Notes under the pieces: generated by a model | What the model was told of the DNA's origin: nothing | The model's input: only the letters and a program-made list of their open reading frames with translations | Databases searched by the model: none | Virus record (IMG/VR): IMGVR_UViG_3300025635_000135 | Span: 1-26,649 of that record | DNA: 26,649 bases | From: a virus | Taxonomy: Duplodnaviria > Caudoviricetes | Reading direction: 5' to 3' (one strand) | Program-made: the position numbers and the translations under genes | Shown here: one piece after another, positions 7,347 to 13,159 of the stretch | Layout: every line of letters starts with the position of its first letter | How positions within the stretch are numbered: the first letter of the stretch is position 1

Positions 7347-7904
7347 ATGAAAATCTATAAGTCGAATTATCGTAATCATTGGGTATCTCCTTATACAATT
7401 CTGGAGAAGATATATTTCTGGCGTGAGATTGATTATGATGAACCTATCATCGAAAAACTTTCAGACATCCTCAATCCGTTTTGCGTAGCATGGCAAAAGT
7501 TTCTTGATATTGTTCATCCAAAAATTAATTACGTCAAGATTGATAAGTATGATACTTGGTCGATGGATCATACATTGGCAGATATCATTCTTCCGATGTT
7601 GAAACAACTAAACGAAGAAAAACATGGAGCACCTTGGGTTGATGATGAGGATGTTCCTGATGAATTAAAGTCTACATCTGCACCTCCTAAAAAGAATGAA
7701 TGGGATACCGATGATAATCATTTCAAGCGTTGGGATTGGGTAATGAGTGAGATGATTTATGCATTTGAAAGTAAAACCAAAGATTGGGATGAAGTATATT
7801 ATAGAGGTGATGTTGTTGACTGGGACGGAATGCGAGCACACCAAAAAAGAATAACTAACGGATACCGTTTGTTCGGTAAATACTACGAAGGATTGTGGGA
7901 CTAG
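7347..7904 (+). CDS. conserved hypothetical phage protein
   Basis: Trp/Asp-rich; IDKYDTWSMDHTLA..I.PMLKQL...HGAP, RWDWVMSEMIYAF, NGYRLFGKYYEGLWD. Confidence 0.8.
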   Translation: MKIYKSNYRNHWVSPYTILEKIYFWREIDYDEPIIEKLSDILNPFCVAWQKFLDIVHPKINYVKIDKYDTWSMDHTLADIILPMLKQLNEEKHGAPWVDDEDVPDELKSTSAPPKKNEWDTDDNHFKRWDWVMSEMIYAFESKTKDWDEVYYRGDVVDWDGMRAHQKRITNGYRLFGKYYEGLWD

Positions 7905-8047
7905 TGAATAATATTCTTCCATTTAGAAAAAAAGAAAATGCAAATAGCGAACCAATTATTTCTTCTGATTATTTTGGTAGTGAGCACTTTCCTCTATTGG
8001 AATTATTGCAACAAATAGAAAAACTAAAAGAAAAAACTACTAAATAA
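7904..8047 (+). CDS. small hypothetical protein (47 aa, GTG start; not in ORF track)
   Basis: MNNILPFRKKENANSEPIISSDYFGSEHFPLLELLQQIEKLKEKTTK*; start overlaps the upstream TAG and fills the gap. Confidence 0.5.
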   Translation: MNNILPFRKKENANSEPIISSDYFGSEHFPLLELLQQIEKLKEKTTK

Positions 8048-8099
8048 AGATACTGGCATCACACACAACCCGCCAGTATTACACACACAACACAGGAGT
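8039..8099 (+). promoter_or_regulatory. late-type promoter (ACTAAATA) followed by a hairpin and duplicated CACACACAAC before the SD
   Basis: ACTAAATA 8039-8046; stem ATACTGGC (8050-8057)/GCCAGTAT (8072-8079); CACACACAAC at 8060-8069 and 8082-8091; AGGAG 8094-8098. Confidence 0.55.
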
Positions 8100-8103
8100 A
8101 AAT

Positions 8104-8376
8104 ATGAGTAATCTCACACCATTCGAGATTCGCCTTGAACTACTAAAAATGGCGAAAGACATGCTATCCGATGAGTATCACGGTAAGCGTGAACAAATAA
8201 GCAACGACTGGGCAACAAAAGTCGAATCTGCTAAACTAAATGGCGGAACCATACCAGATCATCCAGGGTTCCCGTCTTATCCCTCAGAGAACGATATCAT
8301 CACCAAGGCACAGACCTTGAACGGATTCGTTTCTAACATTTCAGTAGATAAACCAAAAGCAAAATCATCTACCTGA
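8104..8376 (+). CDS. conserved T4-like small protein of unknown function
   Basis: TPFEIRLELLKMAKDML...YPSENDIITKAQTLNGFVS; strong SD. Confidence 0.8.
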   Translation: MSNLTPFEIRLELLKMAKDMLSDEYHGKREQISNDWATKVESAKLNGGTIPDHPGFPSYPSENDIITKAQTLNGFVSNISVDKPKAKSST

Positions 8377-8385
8377 TTGGGACCG

Positions 8386-8403
8386 GAGGTGCTTCGGCAC
8401 CTC
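8386..8403 (+). terminator. C(UUCG)G hairpin (weak terminator or RNA-stabilising stem)
   Basis: GAGGTGC-TTCG-GCACCTC; no clear U-tract follows. Confidence 0.55.
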
Positions 8404-8423
8404 TCTAACTATAAGGAGAAATA

Positions 8424-9011
8424 ATGCGAAATCAATTCGTATCCAACTTTTTTATATTGAGTGTAGTTGTAATTGTACTCACTATGGTATCAATTATAGG
8501 ATTCAATCAACACCCAATGAAAAATGCATCTGTGGCCGGTGCAAACATTAAATTTTATAATTTAACGCAAGATGCACGGCATGAAATTGCTTGCCTTGCA
8601 GAAAACATTTACTTTGAGGCAGCGCATGAACCTGAAGAAGGTCAACTTGCTGTCGCATTTGTTACCATGAATCGTGTCAATAGTGGTAAGTTCGCTAACT
8701 CGATTTGTGGAGTAGTAAAACAGAAGATAGGTAGTACATGTCAATTCTCTTGGTGGTGTGAAAGTAAACCTTACGCTATGTCAACCTCTAATGCATTGAC
8801 AAAAACTAACAATTCGTTATATAATAGAATTGTAGACCTATCAGTCAATTTTTATTTGAATCATGAACAAATGAAAGATCCATCAAGAGGAGCTTTGTAC
8901 TATCATGCAGATTATGTCAACCCTGGCTGGAAACTACCAAAGAATACGCAAATTGGTAGACACATTTTTTACGGAGAGAAGAATGGTAAAAGAAGTACCC
9001 AACGTATCTAA
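8424..9011 (+). CDS. SleB/Hydrolase_2 cell-wall hydrolase with N-terminal membrane anchor
   Basis: CLAENIYFEA (catalytic Glu), GQLAVAFVTMNRV, ICGVVKQ, CQFSWWC, GALYYHADYVNPGW, IGRHIFY. Confidence 0.9.
   Translation: MRNQFVSNFFILSVVVIVLTMVSIIGFNQHPMKNASVAGANIKFYNLTQDARHEIACLAENIYFEAAHEPEEGQLAVAFVTMNRVNSGKFANSICGVVKQKIGSTCQFSWWCESKPYAMSTSNALTKTNNSLYNRIVDLSVNFYLNHEQMKDPSRGALYYHADYVNPGWKLPKNTQIGRHIFYGEKNGKRSTQRI
8796..8825 (+). promoter_or_regulatory. sigma70-type promoter inside the hydrolase gene
   Basis: TTGACA (8796-8801), 18 nt, TATAAT (8820-8825). Confidence 0.6.
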
Positions 9012-9264
9012 ACCTGAAGTAGATTTACATGTTAGGCAAAATTATATCCTAATATTAAGTTTAACCTTAGTTCTACTTGTGTTTATGTACTCGATAGTGT
9101 ATTATAAAACTGTGGATAGAAAATTGATGGCAGAAAATATTGAGGCAGCAATTGCAAAGAGTATTGACCCGTTAGCGGTTCGTTGCTCATATGCAAATAG
9201 TGATGATAATATTTGTGTAGCCTATGCAATTTCTAACAAATCTATTGACGCACCAAAACGATAA
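8983..9264 (+). CDS. single-pass membrane protein with a C-terminal Cys pair
   Basis: ATG 8983 follows GGAGAG (the track starts at 8905); TM segment YILILSLTLVLLVFMYSIVYY; RCSY...NIC. Confidence 0.7.
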   Translation: MVKEVPNVSKPEVDLHVRQNYILILSLTLVLLVFMYSIVYYKTVDRKLMAENIEAAIAKSIDPLAVRCSYANSDDNICVAYAISNKSIDAPKR

Positions 9265-9279
9265 AAGGAGAATTATATT

Positions 9280-9552
9280 ATGGCAGTAACTCAAATGAGT
9301 GTAAACAAATTGAGCAATCCTGCGGATCGTGAGAAACTTTTGAAAGTGATCCGCACTTGTTCTGATTCCATGGCAAGAATGGATGCAGAAAAAGATTTAG
9401 TACGTGAGGAAATTGCAGAGATTTCCAAAACACTTGAAATACCAAAGAAGTTGGTAAGTAGAATGGTTAAAGTTTACCATAAACAAAACTATGATGAAGA
9501 AGTAACAACCCATGAACAATTTGAACAACTTTATGAAACGGTGGTAAAATGA
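9280..9552 (+). CDS. dsbA: T4 DsbA-like double-stranded DNA-binding protein
   Basis: 90 aa helical protein, IPKKLVSRMVKVYHKQNYDEE...FEQLYE; lies upstream of 33-59-32 as in T4. Confidence 0.8.
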   Translation: MAVTQMSVNKLSNPADREKLLKVIRTCSDSMARMDAEKDLVREEIAEISKTLEIPKKLVSRMVKVYHKQNYDEEVTTHEQFEQLYETVVK

Positions 9553-10190
9553 TGAATAAGACACTTGGCGGCGTATATCAAAAAGATGAACGTGTAACTT
9601 ATAATTTTAGTTTTTATGATGACGATGATGGTAAGCATGTAGAAGTTCGCTTTCGTGCTGAACCCGACTGGGATCTAGATACAATCTTTAACGAGTTTAG
9701 AAACTTCTTGATTGCATCTGGTCACGATATTGAAGGTCAGATTGGTGAACTATATCATGAAGAACATGAGTGGGAAGATGGTCCAATGGAACGAACACAG
9801 TTTGAACCAAAAGACAGATTGATGCAAAATCCAACACAAGATAATCTTTTAGGGGAACAGAACCGGGCATATAGAGAAGCTGCAGTACAAAACTTCCAAA
9901 ATGCAACACAAGATAAGTTCTCAATGGATCATTTGCCCAACAACGGATGGCCATTTGGTGGTTTGACTACAACAGCATTACCTGGTTTGACTTCTGCTGA
10001 TTTGTCAGGAATAAAATCTATTGACTTGAGTTCTATCAATCAATATCCGACGATGGCACCATTGTCATCACAACAAGTTCAATCGTGGAGTTTATCGTCT
10101 CAACAAATTCAAGCATTGACTAATGCTGATATTTCAAAGTGGCGAGTTGATGCTCCTGGGACAATCGGTGGAGCAAAGGTTACATTCTAA
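9549..10190 (+). CDS. hypothetical protein: acidic N-domain and low-complexity LSSQQ-type repeats
   Basis: DLDTIFNEFRNFLIASG N-domain; C-terminal LTSADL/LSSQQV/LSSQQIQALT repeats. Confidence 0.7.
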   Translation: MMNKTLGGVYQKDERVTYNFSFYDDDDGKHVEVRFRAEPDWDLDTIFNEFRNFLIASGHDIEGQIGELYHEEHEWEDGPMERTQFEPKDRLMQNPTQDNLLGEQNRAYREAAVQNFQNATQDKFSMDHLPNNGWPFGGLTTTALPGLTSADLSGIKSIDLSSINQYPTMAPLSSQQVQSWSLSSQQIQALTNADISKWRVDAPGTIGGAKVTF

Positions 10191-10192
10191 CG

Positions 10193-10414
10193 ATGCCAAC
10201 TAAAGATGAAATGATGAAGTTTGCACGTTCGATAGATGAGATAGTTTCTAAAACAGACTATAACTATATCGAAGCAATTGTGGAACATTGTAAAGTTACT
10301 GGCATGGAAATTGAGGTTGCGGCGACATTGATTAACCAAAACCTCAAGTCCAAAATAGAAAGCGATGCAATGGACTTGAATCTATTACCTAAAACTAATA
10401 AACTTCCAATATGA
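10193..10414 (+). CDS. gp33: late transcription co-activator gp33
   Basis: FARSIDEIV...YIEAIVEHC...IEVAATLINQNLKSKIESDAMDLNLLPKTNKLPI; synteny. Confidence 0.9.
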   Translation: MPTKDEMMKFARSIDEIVSKTDYNYIEAIVEHCKVTGMEIEVAATLINQNLKSKIESDAMDLNLLPKTNKLPI

Positions 10415-11004
10415 CAGGGTACGAAACATTCGCTCTCTTTCATCCACTAAAATTACACTTTACAACGGACTATGATTATTTCAAGTACAATGGTAAGTGT
10501 AATATTAGTATGGATTCTTTTGAGAAACGAAAAGACAAATATCATTTCTACAAATTGTCACGTAAGTATACCAATGACGAAGAACTCAAATGGTTTCTTA
10601 TTGCCAACCTTGTAGATAATGATAAGTTGTGGGTTGGTGATTTATTAAGTGACGGTGCAGATCAAAATTTTAAACGAAGGCAAAAAACTCTACAGTCATT
10701 GACATACACATTTGAAAATGACTGTAGAAATGTGTTTGATGGTGTTGAAAATCCAAACGAATTACTTAGATGCAAGAACGGAGATTATCCTCCTCTATTG
10801 ACAAAGTATTTACGTAGGGAGATACAGATAGAAACAGTTTGTATCCTATCACGAATTCTTGGTCTAATAGATATCTGGAATGGATGTATTGCTGAAAATA
10901 TTCGTTGGCCAACAGTACGAAATACTTTAGTAAAATATACACCGTTTCTTCCACAAGATATTACACCTTTTAAACTGAAATTGAAAACAATTATACATGA
11001 ATAA
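10411..11004 (+). CDS. gp59: helicase loader gp59
   Basis: LKLHFTTDYDYFKYNGK...FEKRKDKYHFYKLSRKY, IQIETV, KYTPFL. Confidence 0.92.
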   Translation: MTGYETFALFHPLKLHFTTDYDYFKYNGKCNISMDSFEKRKDKYHFYKLSRKYTNDEELKWFLIANLVDNDKLWVGDLLSDGADQNFKRRQKTLQSLTYTFENDCRNVFDGVENPNELLRCKNGDYPPLLTKYLRREIQIETVCILSRILGLIDIWNGCIAENIRWPTVRNTLVKYTPFLPQDITPFKLKLKTIIHE

Positions 11005-11875
11005 ATTACTCTTAATCCTTGCGTTCGTATCGATGGGTGCGTTAGCTAAAGAAACTGAACCATCTGTTTTGCATTTTGATTCTACTGAAAACAAAATGGA
11101 GTACAATCAGAATATTAACAAGGTAAGGTCGATGGCAAGTCTTACTAAGTTAATGACTGCCATGGTTTCGTTAGACTATGACTCAAATATGTTACGTGAG
11201 GTTGAGTTAAAACCTTTGGCAAGTACAAAACTCCCAAAACGCAAATACAAGCGAAGTGAACTTTTCCATGCAATGTTGATCCGTAGTGACAATGGTGCAG
11301 CAGAAACTATTGCTTCTGATTACCCAGGTGGTCGTGCTAAATTTATTGCAGCGATGAATACTAAAGCACAGAAAATGGGTTTGGGTAGTACATACTTCAA
11401 AGATCCAACTGGTTTAAGTGTAAGTAATGTTAGTACGGCACTTGATGTCATGGATATGGTAACTGCTGCATCGACGTATGCAATCATTCGTGAAACTAGT
11501 GTTAAGAAACAGGTATTGATTGAAACACAATATAAAAAGAAGGTTCGTACTATTGCATTGAAGAATACTAATCATGCACTATTGTTTGAATTTGATAATG
11601 TGATTACAAGTAAGACTGGATTTACTGTACCTGCAGGTTGGTGCGTAGCAATGATGGTTGAACGATTAGAGAAGGCACCAGATTCCGACAAAGATTTTAT
11701 TGACCACATCGTAGACTATTATAACGGTAAACCAAAAGTAGAACCAGGTAAAGGTGTTATTCATCGTCACGTAATTGTGGTAATGGGAGCAAAGAATCCC
11801 AAGGATCGTATTGACAAAGTGAAAGATATCATGTACAATGAGATATTGGATAACGAATTGCCGGAGGAAAAATGA
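10997..11875 (+). CDS. peptidase S11 D-Ala-D-Ala endo/carboxypeptidase (PBP7/PbpG-like), secreted
   Basis: Signal peptide; SxxK (ASLTKLMT), SxN (SDN), KTG (SKTGFT); YPGG..FIAAMN.KA..MG...T.F.DPTGLS..NVSTA resembles PBP7. Confidence 0.9.
   Translation: MNKLLLILAFVSMGALAKETEPSVLHFDSTENKMEYNQNINKVRSMASLTKLMTAMVSLDYDSNMLREVELKPLASTKLPKRKYKRSELFHAMLIRSDNGAAETIASDYPGGRAKFIAAMNTKAQKMGLGSTYFKDPTGLSVSNVSTALDVMDMVTAASTYAIIRETSVKKQVLIETQYKKKVRTIALKNTNHALLFEFDNVITSKTGFTVPAGWCVAMMVERLEKAPDSDKDFIDHIVDYYNGKPKVEPGKGVIHRHVIVVMGAKNPKDRIDKVKDIMYNEILDNELPEEK
11811..11839 (+). promoter_or_regulatory. sigma70-type promoter in the 3' end of the S11 peptidase gene
   Basis: TTGACA (11811-11816), 17 nt, TACAAT (11834-11839). 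Confidence 0.7.
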
Positions 11876-12084
11876 AAGAAATAACTTCGGTTATGGATCG
11901 AATAAAGAACCTTCAGGAATATGAGGTTCAGGTATCCATACCATCTACTTTTACATTCAACGGTAAGTCACCGTATGATATTTACATTGCAAACGATATA
12001 GCATTCGTTAAAGTTATTGCAGCATCATTAGATGAGGCAGTACAAAAGGCAAATGCATTTTTTAATGAAGGTAATGAAGAATAA
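11872..12084 (+). CDS. hypothetical protein (70 aa)
   Basis: GGAGG SD; ATGA overlap with the upstream gene. Confidence 0.7.
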   Translation: MKEITSVMDRIKNLQEYEVQVSIPSTFTFNGKSPYDIYIANDIAFVKVIAASLDEAVQKANAFFNEGNEE

Positions 12085-12100
12085 AATAAGTAACACTCGC

Positions 12101-12189
12101 TTGCAAGATGACTATATACTAGTATATGATGCATACTGTGAATAAGATGTTATACAAAAATATACAACGCATATACGAAAGGAAATACA
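12101..12189 (+). promoter_or_regulatory. gp32 leader: possible promoter, 14-bp palindrome and TATACAA-like repeats
   Basis: TTGCAA 12101, 18 nt, TATGAT 12125; palindrome ATATACTAGTATAT 12114-12127; TATACAA 12151 and 12161, TATACGA 12172, AATACAA 12184. Confidence 0.45.
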
Positions 12190-13089
12190 ATGTCAGACTT
12201 TTCTCAATTCAAACGCAATCGTAACTCTTTAGAGAAACTTACGAAAGCGATTCAAGATACAACCCAACCCGCAGAAAGTGGATCAAAAGAAGATACACGT
12301 TTCTGGCAACCTGAAGTAGACAAAGCAGGAAACGGAATGGCAATCATTCGTTTTCTCCCAGGTTCTTCTATCGATGGTGATGATGCACTTCCATGGGTTC
12401 GTGTATTCAATCACGGATTCCAAGGACCAGGTGGTTGGTATATCGAAAACTCACTAACGACACTCGGACAAAAAGATCCAGTCTCAGAATACAATTCTAC
12501 CCTATGGAATTCTGGTATCGAAGCGAATAAAGAAATCGCACGTAAACAGAAACGCCGTTTAACTTATATCTCTAACATTCTTGTTATCTCGGATCCAAAA
12601 CATCCAGAGAACGAAGGTCAGATTAAGTTATATAAGTATGGTAAGAAAATCTTTGACAAGATTAACGAAACTATGAATCCAGAGTTTCCGGATGAGAAGC
12701 CAGTTAATCCATTTGACTTCTGGGAAGGTGCAAACTTCAAACTAAAGATTCGTCAGGTAGAAGGTTATCGTAACTACGACAAATCAGAGTTTGAATCTCC
12801 TACACCTTTGTTTGATGGTGATGATGATAAACTTGAAGCATTGTGGAAAAAAGAATACTCACTCAAAGAGTTCTTGGATCCTAAACACTTCAAGTCTTAT
12901 GATCTACTTAAAGCAAAACTCGACAAGGTATTGGGTTTTGATGGTGAAGCACCTATTGCCAGAACTAAGGCAGAAGATGCTAAGTTGAAAACATATGATG
13001 ATGACGTACAAGAAATAATGTCAAAGAAATCTCCTGCACTTGATGAGGATGATGAATTAGATTATTTCAAATCACTAGCAAACGATTAA
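12190..13089 (+). CDS. gp32: single-stranded DNA-binding protein gp32
   Basis: DTRFWQPEVDKAGNGMAIIRFLP, HGFQGPGGWYIENSLTT, YKYGKKIFDKI, GYRNYDKSEF, acidic tail DEDDELDYFKSLA. Confidence 0.97.
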   Translation: MSDFSQFKRNRNSLEKLTKAIQDTTQPAESGSKEDTRFWQPEVDKAGNGMAIIRFLPGSSIDGDDALPWVRVFNHGFQGPGGWYIENSLTTLGQKDPVSEYNSTLWNSGIEANKEIARKQKRRLTYISNILVISDPKHPENEGQIKLYKYGKKIFDKINETMNPEFPDEKPVNPFDFWEGANFKLKIRQVEGYRNYDKSEFESPTPLFDGDDDKLEALWKKEYSLKEFLDPKHFKSYDLLKAKLDKVLGFDGEAPIARTKAEDAKLKTYDDDVQEIMSKKSPALDEDDELDYFKSLAND

Positions 13090-13134
13090 TCGTTTTTAAG
13101 ACTAAAACCTCCTTTATCAGAAACTTAGTCTTGG

Positions 13135-13159
13135 ATCCCCGCTTCGGCGGGGATTTTTT
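13135..13159 (+). terminator. intrinsic terminator after gp32, between convergent operons
   Basis: ATCCCCGC-TTCG-GCGGGGAT followed by a T run. Confidence 0.9.
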
